A DNA stretch of 64,000 nt from Vicugna vicugna (taxonomy: Eukaryota). The stretch covers positions 159,732 to 223,731 of the forward strand of contig MU057666.1 of NCBI GenBank assembly GCA_013265495.1. Direction: 5' to 3'. Of the stretch, positions 40,440 to 50,998 are shown in pieces (within the stretch, counting starts at the first letter, position 1; each line of letters opens with the position of its first letter). The notes beneath the pieces were generated by a model. It was not told where the DNA came from. It did not search any database and saw only the letters and a list, made by a program, of their open reading frames with translations. Made by a program: the position numbers and the translations under genes.

Positions 40440-40574
40440 GAAACTAGGGAATTAAAACCTCCTACAAATAGTTTCAACTTAAAATCATAACCACTTTTTC
40501 TCAAAAATTGAGATTCTAGTAAGAATTATATACTTGGTTAAAGTTAGAGCATAGGTTCAAACTCTTACATCTCT
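40437..40574. pseudogene. decayed mitochondrial tRNA-Ser(UCN) (minus) and tRNA-Asp (plus) (NUMT)
   Basis: position between COX1 and COX2; gtttcaa...cataaccac and gagattctagtaag...aaagttagagcataggtt motifs. Confidence 0.8.
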
Positions 40575-41223
40575 ATGGCATATCCATTGCAGCGATGTCT
40601 CCAAGATGCACACCTTTGCACTTTCATGATCATTCAGTAATAATTGTTTTCCTGAATAGCTCCTTAGTCCTTTACATTATTTCACTTATGTTAACAACAA
40701 AATTAGCTATCAAAAGGTCACTACATGCACAGGAAGTAAAACATTTTGAATTTTTCTAACAGCCATTATCCTGATCTTAACTACACAAATATCACTAGAA
40801 ATTCTTCATATTTTAGACAGAATTAATACTAATTTCTTTACTATGAGGGTCATCAATGATGAAGCTATGACATACAAATTAGGATTTAAACCTCAGTTCC
40901 TAGGTAATTTCTATATCAGACTTAAATCTATGAAAATAATAACTACTGCAGGTGAATAATCTACCAGTTTTAGCTACAGAAATAACAATCCAAATATTAA
41001 TTTCATCTGAAGATGTCATACATTCATGGGCAGTTTTCTTCTTAGGCCTAAAAAAGATGCCTTTTCATGATACCTTAATCAAACAACCCTAATATTTACA
41101 TGACCAGGTTTATATTATGGATAATATTGAAAAATTTGCATGTCAAACCATAGTTTTATACCTATCATTCTTGAATTGATCCCACTGTGGTATTTTGAAA
41201 AATGAATTGCATCTTTCCTGTAA
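40575..41223 (+). pseudogene. MT-CO2: mitochondrial COX2 pseudogene (NUMT)
   Basis: atggcatatccattgcag...ccaagatgca (MAYPxQ...QDA), cactttcatgatcat (HFHDH), tcatctgaagatgtcatacattcatgggcagtt (SSEDVxHSWAV), tcaaaccatagttttatacctatc (SNHSFMPI); ends in taa. Confidence 0.95.
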
Positions 41224-41271
41224 ATAAAATAATATAAGTGACAAAAACTATTCAACAATATACACTTCTAC

Positions 41272-41697
41272 CCTCAACATTCCTCATCAGTGTGGAATAT
41301 TTGGTACAATCAATGAATGAACATGGACACATTATTATCAACCAAAGTGCATAGTTACACTAGGATTCACTTTTGATGTTGTACATTCTATGGGTTTTGA
41401 CAAATGTATAATGACAATGACATGTAGCCATCACTACAGTATCATACAAAATAATTTCATTGTCCTAAAAATCTCTTGTGCTCCATCTATTCATTCCTCC
41501 CTCTTTCCTCTCTCTCCCCAAACCCCTGGAGACCACGATCTTTTTATTGTTTCTGTAGCTGTGCCTTTTCCAGAATGTCATTTGTTTGGAATTGTACAGT
41601 TTGTAGCCTTTTCAGACTGTTTTTTTTTTCACTTAGTAATATGTCTTTTAAGTTTCTTCCATGTCTTTCATGGTTTGATATCTCATTTCTTATTTTT
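41272..41697 (-). mobile_element. L1MC (L1MC1-like) 3' UTR fragment between the two NUMT segments
   Basis: acacattattatcaaccaaagtgcatagttacactaggattcacttttgatgttgtacattctatgggttttgacaaatgtataatgac matches the reverse complement of the recalled L1MC1 3' consensus; the L1 3' terminus itself is absent. Confidence 0.8.
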
Positions 41698-41718
41698 TTT
41701 ACTGTACATATATTTCTT

Positions 41719-41818
41719 AATTTACATATATGTGCTGTTCACTGTTTCTAAGGACATTTAGGACTTTAGCTTTTTCAACTTACATAGTTATCAAAGGAAT
41801 AAAGCCAACCACAAAATA
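41719..41818 (+). repeat. unassigned ~100 bp element ending in AATAAA, copy 1
   Basis: aligns without gaps over about 86 bp to 45084-45169. Confidence 0.7.
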
Positions 41819-41821
41819 TAC

Positions 41822-43128
41822 TCATTATTCCAAACATTATATTAATACCATTAATATGATTATCAAAAATTATATCCTCTGAATTAATACTACATCTTCT
41901 GGCCTACTAACATGCCTTATCAGCTTATTCTTTCTGAATCAACTGAATGATACTAGCCTTCACTTTTCATTAACCTTCCTATGTATTAGTGCCTCCACTT
42001 GCATCAACAACTTGTCTTCTTCCACAAATACACATAGCCAGCCAATTTCATCTATCCAAAGAATTATTAACCACCAAATCTCTATTATCACAATGCTAAT
42101 CTTATTATAAATATCCTTAAAATTTCACACTTCACAATTGATCACATTATGTAGTTTAATAAAAAAAAATTTGTCAAAACCCTTATCATTTTTTACCCAC
42201 TGAGAAAATCAGGCAAGCTGATTAACTTCAAGATTTTCTTATTGTATATACTACTTGGATCACTTCCACTTGTCATTGCACTAATTTTTATCCAGAATCT
42301 TATAAGTTCACTACATTTTCTAGTAACTCAGTACTAACCTTAGACAGCATCCATTTTTTAATCTAGCATTTTCCTACGACTGACATATATAAAAGCATTT
42401 ATGGTAAGTATACCCCTTTAGGACCTACATCTTTGATTAACAAAATCATAATTAGAGTTTCCATTCCTGGGTCCACAGCACTTGCAGTTATACTACTCAA
42501 ACTAGGCAGTTGTGGCATACTACAATTTATAGTATTAAAGCCCTTGGAAAATTAATGACATATCCTTTTCTTATACTATCTTTATAAGGAATAATCATAA
42601 CAAGCTCTATCTGTCTATTCCAAACAGACTTAAAATTGCTCATCGCATAGTCCTCCATCAGCCCCCCAGCACTAGTTATTGTAGTCATTAATACTCAAAC
42701 AGCATGAAATTATAAGTGTGCTACAGCCCTAATAATCACCCAGAGCCTTACATTATCAATACCATTTGGCCTAGCATATTCAAACTATGAACAGTATTAC
42801 AGCTGAACGATAATCCTAGCTTGTAGACCACAAATATGCCTTCCACTAGTAGCAGCATGATGGCTCCTAGCAAACAATTTAATTGGAGAACCATTTGTAT
42901 TGACATCACTCTCATGGCCTAACATTGCTACTACTCTAATGGGAGTTAATAAAGGTATTACTCATCTATATTCCCTTTATATGTTACTTATACAATGAGG
43001 CAAATACATGTATCATTTTAATAATGGTAAACCATCATTTATACAAAAAGATGACTTCATAACCTTATCTTTACTACTCCTTTTACTTTTATCATTTAAC
43101 CTCAAAATTACTTAGGTGCCTATATACT
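41822..43128 (+). pseudogene. MT-ND4: NUMT segment 2: mitochondrial ND4 pseudogene
   Basis: attattccaaacattatattaataccattaatatgattatcaaaa (ND4 start), gcatttatggtaagtataccccttta, gttatactactcaaactaggc (VxLLKLG), caaacagacttaaaattgctcatcgca (QTDLKxLIA); followed by tRNA-His. Confidence 0.93.
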
Positions 43129-43161
43129 GTAAATGTGGTTTAATAAAAATATTAGATTGTG
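43129..43161 (+). pseudogene. 5' half of mitochondrial tRNA-His (NUMT), truncated after the GTG anticodon
   Basis: gtaaatgtggtttaataaaaatattagattgtg directly after ND4. Confidence 0.85.
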
Positions 43162-45058
43162 GAGGAAAGAGATCAAGATGTCAAAGTAGGAGGTCATTGG
43201 GCTCACCTCCTCTCACCAACACATTAAAATTACACTTACATATAGAGTGAATCTCACTAAAAAATTGATCTGGAGACTAGCAGAACAGCTCTTCTACAAC
43301 CAAGGCTGTAAAGAAAGAGCCACAAAGAGTCGGGTGAAAAGGGAGGAGAAATGATTTGGTCAGTACCAACACTCATGGTGGGGAACCTAATGATAGCAGG
43401 GTATCACAGGCTAAGAGGTCCTCCCAGAGGAATAAGGGGTTTGAACCATATATCAGGCACCCAGGAATGGGGTTCAATACTGAGATGATGAGCCCTTTAG
43501 CTGGTTTGAAACCCAGTGGGTTTACTGGAGCACTGTAAAAAAAGAGGCTCTGCTCTTGAAGAGCCTTGCAGAGACTTGCTGACTGCCAGTTACAGCAGGG
43601 AAACAGCAGACTGAACACTACCTGGGGCTCTGGCCAGCTTGCAGGGGTGGCTCAAGCGGGCCCACCAGACTACACCAGGCTCCGGCTCCAGCCCTCCCTG
43701 TTCTGGTGCTGCTTCCCTCTCAGGCAGAGGCTTCCATTGCCAATAACAGTGCACACAATGGGAGAAAACTGTGCTGGCCTGGATATGGTCCTGCCTCTGT
43801 AAAGACAGTAAGCAGTCACTGCCTGCTAGAGTGTCCCTGCACACACTCTGGAAGGAGCAATACTAGCACCAGGGCAGAGACTACCATCATGAGAACTCAA
43901 TTTCCTGCGTTTCCACAACTGAGAGGGGGTGGGACTAGCTCAGTGGTGTGTCCCTAATCTCTCTGGCCCTGACCCACCCTCAAGGCAAGGTGTGCACAGT
44001 GGGAAAAATGTAAAACCAGTACACGGGGCCACTGCAAGCTCTCAGGCCTCAGCCACATCCCAAACCAAAGCAGAGACTGCCATCACCCCAGGAGAACCCA
44101 ACTACCATGGAGATTCTGCTCCAGCCCCACAGGACCCTGTGTGACCCCTGCTAGGACTGTAACAGTCATTGAGCAGAGAAACCCCTGCTTGCACCTGAAA
44201 CTGGCTCCAGTCTCCCTAACTCCAGCCCTACCAACTCTTTTCAGTGCTGCCAGCACATCCTGGTGGAAGATGACAGCCTGTGTTCACTTCATATCCAACT
44301 CTTCTCCAAAAATCTGTTGGGCACATAAGACTGCAAAGTCATGCTCTCACACAGGACACACCTTTAATTCTGGGACAGGTAACTGTTTCATCTAATTTCA
44401 CAGAGATATAGAAAGTTAAAATAAGAAGATACAGGAACATGTTTTAAATGAAAGAATCAGAAAATAACCATAATGAAAAGAGATAAATAATCTACCTGAC
44501 AAAGAGGTCAAAGCAATAGTAATAAGAATGATAACTGAACTGGGAAAAAGAACAGATGAACACAGAGAATTTTTAAAAAGAACTAGAAAATATAAAAAAG
44601 AACCAATCAAGGGAGAACTGTAGGTAATATAGAACATTAGGCAATACCAATGATCCATTAGTAACTGGAAAATAGAATAATGGAAAACACCCAATCAGAA
44701 AAAAACACCCAATCAGAAATACAAGTAGAAAAGCATGTTACATGAGTTTAAGGGGCTTCTGAGTCAGCATCAGGGATACCAACATTCACATTATAGGAGT
44801 CCCTGAAGGAAGAGAGAGAAAGGGTAAGAAAACATTTGATAAAATGATGGCTGAAAACTTTCCTAATCTGAAAAAGGAAACAGATATCCAGACACAGGAA
44901 TCATTGAGTCCCAAATGGGATCAGCTCAAACCGACCCACACCAAGATATATCATCATTCAAAAAACAACATTTATAGACAATGACAGAATTCTAAAGGTA
45001 GCAAGAAAAAAGGAAAGTGTCACATAAAAGGAAATCATTCATAAGACTATCAGCTGTT
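43162..45058 (+). mobile_element. LINE-1 5' UTR and decayed ORF1 (older subfamily)
   Basis: 5' motif gatcaagatgtcaaagtaggagg; ORF1 motifs aatctacctgacaaagaggtcaaag, aacattcacattataggagtccctgaagga, ggctgaaaactttcctaatctg, cataagactatcagctg. Confidence 0.85.
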
Positions 45059-45083
45059 TTTAATGGATATATATATATGTATA

Positions 45084-45182
45084 AATTTACATATATGTAC
45101 TGTTCATCATCTCTAAGATTGTTTAGAGCTTTGGCACTTTAAACCTACATAATCATTAAAGGAATAAAGATAATACAAAATA
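45084..45182 (+). repeat. unassigned ~100 bp element ending in AATAAA, copy 2
   Basis: aatttacatatatgtactgttca...tacataatcattaaaggaataaag, similar to 41719-41804. Confidence 0.7.
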
Positions 45183-45189
45183 AGAATTA

Positions 45190-45700
45190 ATTCAAAAAGC
45201 TACATACACCCTGCTATTAACAGCAACACTATTTACAATTGCCAAGACACAAAAACATCCCAAGTGCACATCAACAGATGAATGGATAAAGAAGATGCAC
45301 CATATATACATTATGAAATATAACTCACCCATAAGAAAGGATATTTTGCCATTTGTGGCCTTTCATTCACTTTTTTTTTCACTTCAAAAACCAGAATTTT
45401 ATAACTGGCATAAATATTTCCATTGCATCAAAAACAACAAAATACTTAGAAATATACTTAACCAAAGAGGTTATCTATACTCTGAAAACTGTAAAACACT
45501 GATGAAGGAAATTGAAGATGATGCAAAGAAACAGAAAGATATGTTGTGCTCTTGAATTGGAAGCATCAACGTTATAAAAGTTGTTGCACTTCTGAAATCA
45601 ATCTACAGATCCAATGCACAACATTTCTCACAGAATTAGAACAATTTCAAAATTTATATGGAACCATAAAAGGCCCCAAACTGCCAAAGCAATCTTTTGT
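45190..45700 (+). mobile_element. scrambled LINE-1 ORF2 / 3' fragments
   Basis: gcaacactatttacaattgccaagac...caacagatgaatggataaagaagatg; ctctgaaaactgtaaaacactgatgaaggaaattgaagatga. Confidence 0.8.
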
Positions 45701-45749
45701 AGGTTTTTTGTTTGTTTGTTTTGTTTTTTAATTCTCTTCCTTCTTTTTG

Positions 45750-46525
45750 TTCTCTTTTCTTATGGTTTCACGACTAGAGAAGTTCCTTTAAAATTTGTTG
45801 TTAAGCTGAGTTGGTGGTGCTGAATTCTTTTAGCTTTTGTTTATCAGTGAAGCTTTTGATTTCTCCATCAATTCTGAACAAGAGCCTTGCTGGATAGAGT
45901 ATTCTTGGTTGTAATTTTTTTTTTCTTTCATCACTTTAAATACGTCATGCCACTCCCTTCTGGCCTGTAGAGTTTCTGCTGAGAAATCAGCTGATAACCT
46001 TATGGGAGGTCCCTTGTATGGTATTTTGTTTCTTTTCTCTTGCTAATTTTAATATTTTATCCTTATCCTTTATTGTTGTCAATTTGATTACTATGTGCCT
46101 TGGTGTGTTCCTATTTGGGTTGATCCTGTGTGCAAATCTGTGCTTTTTGGACTTGGGTGACTGTTTCCTTTCCCAAGTTGGGGAAGTTTTCAGTGATTAT
46201 CTCTCCAAAATTTTCTCAGGTTCTCTCTCTCTTCTCTTTCTGGGACCCCTACAATGCAAGTGTTAGTGTGCTTCATGTTGTCCCAGAGTTCTCTTAAACT
46301 ATCCTCATTTCTTTTCTTTTTTTTTTTTCTGTTCTGCAGTAGTGATTTCCACTAATTTGTCTTCTAGCTCACTAATCCATTCTTCTGCTTAATTTAGTCT
46401 ATTCTTGTTTCCTTCTAGTGTATGTGATCATTAAAATCATTTTAGTGATTGTATTCTTCAACTCTATTTGGATATTTTTATATTTTCCAGCTCCCTGCTA
46501 AAAAGTTCACTCTGTGTATCTCTAC
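45750..46525 (-). mobile_element. LINE-1 ORF1 fragment
   Basis: cactcccttctggcctgtagagtttctgctgagaaatcagctgataaccttatggg, homologous to 23950-24020 and 29120-29190. Confidence 0.85.
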
Positions 46526-46534
46526 TCCTCTTGA

Positions 46535-46673
46535 GTTCTCCAGGACATTAGTTGGCCATCTTCTCAGTCAGTCATCTTTCCAAATAAAGTCCCTATTCCT
46601 TGCCCCCAACAACTTGTCTCTTGATTTATTGGCCTGTTGTGCAAAGAACAGAATGAGTGTGAACTTGGTAAAA
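46535..46673 (+). mobile_element. 3' fragment of an ERV1-like LTR related to the 36954 LTR
   Basis: gttggccatcttctcag...aaataaagtccctattccttgccccc...ggcctgttgtgcaaagaacagaa parallels 37366-37470. Confidence 0.75.
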
Positions 46674-47811
46674 ATAACAAACAATATAATTAATATGCAA
46701 ATATTGAAGAAAACTCTTCAATATTTTTCTCTGTAACCAGAACCAGATGCCTGCTTTCACCTTTTCTACTCAATACTATACTGAAGACATTGTTGGAATA
46801 ATAATGCAATATAACAACAACAACAAAATAGGAGGCATAAAAATAAAATTTTAAGCAAGAAAACTGTCATTGTGTGTGCATGGCATTATTATATGCATGA
46901 AAAATCCACCATAATCCAAAGACATTTACAATTAGTAAATAAATTAAGCCATGGTTACTGGGTTGAGTATCAGTATATAAAATCACCTGGATTATTCTGC
47001 ATGAGCAAGAAACAAACAGAAAATAAAATTAACCTACAAACACAAGACTGGGAAACAAGTATCTGCAGGAGATAAGAATCAATAAAAGATTAAATTATAC
47101 CACATTAAAAAACATTCTTTAGGCCTCATGGGGCCTGGCCTACCTGCACCTCAGGGGATGAGAGGTCTCCCCAGCCAGGTTGGGTCCAACCCAGGCTGCA
47201 GTGTGATGTGCACAGGCTGGCAGGGGCCCAACATTAGCCTCCCTGTGCAGCTGGCACTAGCATCATGCTGGCCCTGGCCAACAGGCATCCCGTGCCTCTG
47301 AGCCCAGGGCCTCTGGGTAATAGAAATTTTAAAAATAGATCTTCAAATCAATGTAAGAAAAACACAAAGAACCAACAGAAAAATAAGCAGAGAATATGAA
47401 TAAAAATAAGCCCTGGAAGATGACAGACCTTCTGAAAGGCAACTAACTTGATACAGGTCCAGATTAGAGCATCCCAGCAGGGCCCCAGGACAGGATGCAG
47501 GAGGTAGAACCATCAGTGAGGTGACAGTACCCCCTGCTGTGGGAGAGTACCAGGTCAGGACTTCTGATGGGGGCTCCAGGCCTCCTGCATCAGCCTTGGC
47601 CCCCACTGCATCGTCAACCAGAGCCACATGTCACCATCTTCAAGCTGGGAAGGATTCTGATTGTCCAGGTCAGAGAAAGTCATATAAAATGTGACTGTCA
47701 CATGAGTCAAGGACTCAACTCTCATCACAGGACTGCCTAAAGAAGAAACCTTAATTTCACCCTCCAATCAGGCAAGAGGTTACAAAATGCTTAGATGAAC
47801 ATCAGACTAAC

Positions 47812-47954
47812 ATATTCATCACCTGGGTCACCAATGGCAGAAGAAAAAATGACCCTGTATTAATGAACTGACCCATTAATATGATCCCAGTCTACAGAAA
47901 GGCTTTTGGTTGTCTCCCCAAAGACTCTCAGATTCCTGAGTTCACTGCATGATC
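47812..47954 (-). pseudogene. COL12A1: COL12A1 pseudo-exon (FN3, first half)
   Basis: [46 protein letters not shown] versus recalled [47 protein letters not shown]; tttatttag / gttagt borders. Confidence 0.92.
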
Positions 47955-48227
47955 CTAAATAAATAAACACAATACAGTTATTTGCCTGTCTGTGAGCATG
48001 GTGCCCATGAGGGTGGAGGGAGGGGTATAAAAGAACTGTAACCAGGTCAGAGTAACTGTACCCAGGGATTTCACCACTCCCTTGTGATAAACTCCCCATC
48101 TCCTATAGTTCTTGCATGAATCCAAAAACAGTAGAAAGAGCTCCATTCAGCTTTTCAGACAACAGAGGTAATCTATATTTCAAACAAGTTTTTCTATAAT
48201 GAAATGGGATCTTAAAAATAAAAGAGA

Positions 48228-48275
48228 TTGACACAACATTGTAAAATGACTATAACTCAATAAAAAATGTTTAAG
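48228..48275 (+). mobile_element. very short LINE-1 3' tip followed by an A-rich tail
   Basis: ttgacacaacattgtaaaatgactataactcaataaaaaatg matches the L1 3' end at 8003-8040. Confidence 0.8.
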
Positions 48276-48342
48276 AATAACTCAATTCATTCAAAAAAAA
48301 AAGAAAAGAAAAAGGGAAGAGAAAGAAAAAGTTAAAACTAAC

Positions 48343-48480
48343 CCCATCTTATCTGAGCTTCCAGAAGGGGCCCAGGTGATTCTGTAGAACGACACATCAG
48401 AAGCTCCATGATCCCAAGTCCTTCTGAAAATCTCTGGTGTTACTTCAGTAATCTGCAGGTTGGTTGGGGCTGGCACAGTG
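48343..48480 (-). pseudogene. COL12A1: COL12A1 pseudo-exon (FN3, first half)
   Basis: [44 protein letters not shown] (ORF 48291-48476) versus recalled [45 protein letters not shown]. Confidence 0.95.
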
Positions 48481-49751
48481 CTTGTTATGAGAAAAGGCAG
48501 GATGATGTTTTTGGAGGCGATCTACAAACTGCATTTAATCAAACTGCCTTGTTCTCTTTTAATGGACACAGGGAAACTGGCTGATGACATGGCTTAGAAC
48601 CAAGTATCTTACCAATTCAGTTCATTTGAAAGTTAAATATAAGACAGAGTTCTGAAATTGTAAGCATTTTATTGATACAATAGGTTACTATTTATATTCT
48701 ACTAAAAATGGTGATTTTTTTTAAAACTTGCATTTAGTCACACTATTTTAACTCAGTGGTTCTTAATCACTTTGCACCTCACACTTTTGGGGAATCTAAG
48801 AAAAACCATGGACTCCTTCACACAATGCCCATTAAGTGCAAACTTTAGCCCACAATATACAGAGTGCATGGACCTTCATGGTCCATACAATGTTATGATC
48901 TAAGTAATTCACATAAGCTTTTCCTATAGATCACTCACCTTAAACACAATGTGCAGCTGACTGTACGGACTCTATCTAGAGACAGGAATAGCCCTGCAGT
49001 GCTGATGACAGCTGAAACCCCAATTAAGAGCCTTGATACTGACCAGTTGTCTAGTTAGTTTGCAGCTCAAGCAATCTGGAATGTCTGCCACCAGTTCAGA
49101 GCTTTCATTGTCAATTATTTCTCCACCTCCTGGTAATCAAAGCCAAATACACAAGACCCAGAGCCATCAAAAATTTTGTTTCTAATCGTTACAATTAAAA
49201 GGCCCATTGAGATCAAGAGGCTGGTACCACTTTCATGAGCACAACTGCAAAGCAAACCAGCCATTAGGAATGCATTTTGGATGTATCTAAAAGTACTTAG
49301 GCAATCTTGAGGATTACAAACATACATTGAAACTAACCATTTGGTATGTTAAATGATCTGCTTCCACTGGTCTTTCTTCCTGACTTTTTCTTCTTTTGAT
49401 CACCCCTGATATGTTTATGAAAAATCTGTCAGTCTTCTCATGTGAACACATTTCCATCTTTAGCCACTACCCTTTCAGGTAAGAACTGTTGTCAAGAAGG
49501 CAATTGAAGTTGCTAAGAGATATTATACAGTCAGAAAAGAGCAGAAGTGAGTACTGTCTGATGTTCAGGAGCAGGCTGGGACACCTGACAAGATATCTTA
49601 ATCATGTGTAGACAGCTGGGCACCAAAGGAGAAGTTTCTAAGCCTCCATGAGGGAGTTGCTTGATAGAAAGGAAAAGTTCCAGACTATAGCACTGATCCC
49701 ACTACTAGCTTCCTGGGTGAAACTGGGCAAATCATTTAAATTCTGTAGACT

Positions 49752-50060
49752 TGTGTTGTTCACGGAGCCACCAGCCATATGTAGCCATTGAGTACTTGAA
49801 ATGTGGCATCTGAATTGAGGTGTGCTTTAAGTGCAAATTAAGACACAGTGGATTCAAAGATAAAATTATTACCAAAAAATGTAAAATATCTCATTAATAA
49901 TTACGATACTGATAAATGTCAAAATGTTAATATTCTGGATATACAGGGTAAAATATAACACATTATTAAAATTCATTTCATTTTTTTCTTTACCTTTTCT
50001 AATGTGGCTACTAGAAAATTCTGAGTTATTTTTGTGGCCTCCATGATATATCTTGGGGAA
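49752..50060. mobile_element. MER33-like hAT/Charlie element
   Basis: agccaccagccatatgtagccattgagtacttgaaatgtggc...aatgtaaaatatctcattaataat...ctaatgtggctactagaaaatt matches the recalled MER33 consensus. Confidence 0.8.
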
Positions 50061-50596
50061 CCTAGCTGGTTCTGGACCTCAATTTCTTAACCATGATTGA
50101 ATTAGGAAATTATATGCTGAGCACTGGGACAGAAACTGGAAACACAAATTGAGGAAAAATAAACAAGTCTCTGCCTTCATTAGAAGGGGAAAGTCAAACA
50201 GATAGAAAAAGACCAACAGGTAATGATAATTAGGTTAAATTCCATGCAAGCACCATGAGAGGGAGAGAAAGGGACATTCCTTGAAGTGGCCTCAGAATGG
50301 AGCAGGGAAGGTGGGGCCCAGGAATGTGCCCAGCATCTTCTTGACCTTTCCACTTTGGAAGTCTCCCCTCTCTCTAAGCATCATGCATCTCACCTTTTTT
50401 ACATGATCTTATGTATTGTTACCTTTTATCTCCACAACAAAATCACAAACTACTGAGGGCAAAGATTCTAAGATTCTGTTAGTCCTGATGACACTTCACA
50501 TATAGGAAGATCTCAAAACATTTGATAACTAATTCATGGTTTCCAGAGGTAATGTCCAACATACATCAAGAATATTCTTTCCACCCCCCTACAAAT

Positions 50597-50612
50597 ACAC
50601 ACACACAACTCA

Positions 50613-50649
<37 letters not shown>
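50597..50649. repeat. (CA)n microsatellite
   Basis: interrupted CA run. Confidence 0.95.
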
Positions 50650-50650
<1 letters not shown>

Positions 50651-50871
50651 AGTCAAATATCTAGAAGAAGAATGAGTGGCAGTGGCATGTAGAATAATAG
50701 GAGAGAAATTATAAAAGGAACAAAGATAGAAGATGGGAAGAAAATAAGGGGAAAAAAAGTCTAGGAACCAAACATTATTAAATCCAAGCAAAAATAACAT
50801 TAAGAAATGAAGTAACCAAGGAGGTTTAGCAATAGTTTCCCAATGATCAATAAAGTGCAAGCACAACTCAC

Positions 50872-50998
50872 GGGTGGTTTCCTGGGCAGTCCCTTGGGGA
50901 GCCCTCTCATCACACACTGCAGAAATGCTGACTGTGTACACGGTCTGTGAGAAGAAGTCTTTAAGACTCATGCTGGCCTATGGCCTGTCCACCTCTAC
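50872..50998 (-). pseudogene. COL12A1: COL12A1 pseudo-exon (FN3, second half)
   Basis: VEVDRP*ASMSLKDFFSQTVYTVSISAVCDERAPQGTAQETT versus recalled [43 protein letters not shown]; cttatag / gtgagt borders. Confidence 0.93.

Larger units (their letters stand above)
38425..41223 (+). pseudogene. NUMT segment 1: ND2 3' end, tRNA-Trp/Ala/Asn, OL, tRNA-Cys/Tyr, COX1, tRNA-Ser, tRNA-Asp, COX2
   Basis: vertebrate mtDNA gene order preserved; all parts decayed by many substitutions and indels. Confidence 0.95.

Noticed and set aside
38425..43161. Possible mitochondrial contamination or functional mitochondrial genes
   Set aside because: Dense frameshifts, deletions, a missing COX1 start codon and embedded nuclear L1 sequence show an old nuclear insertion.
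44685..44719. Short tandem duplications (aaaacacccaatcagaa x2; gattctataactcta x2 at about 51662)
   Set aside because: Two-copy slippage duplications with no repeat-spacer array; nothing CRISPR-like in the window.
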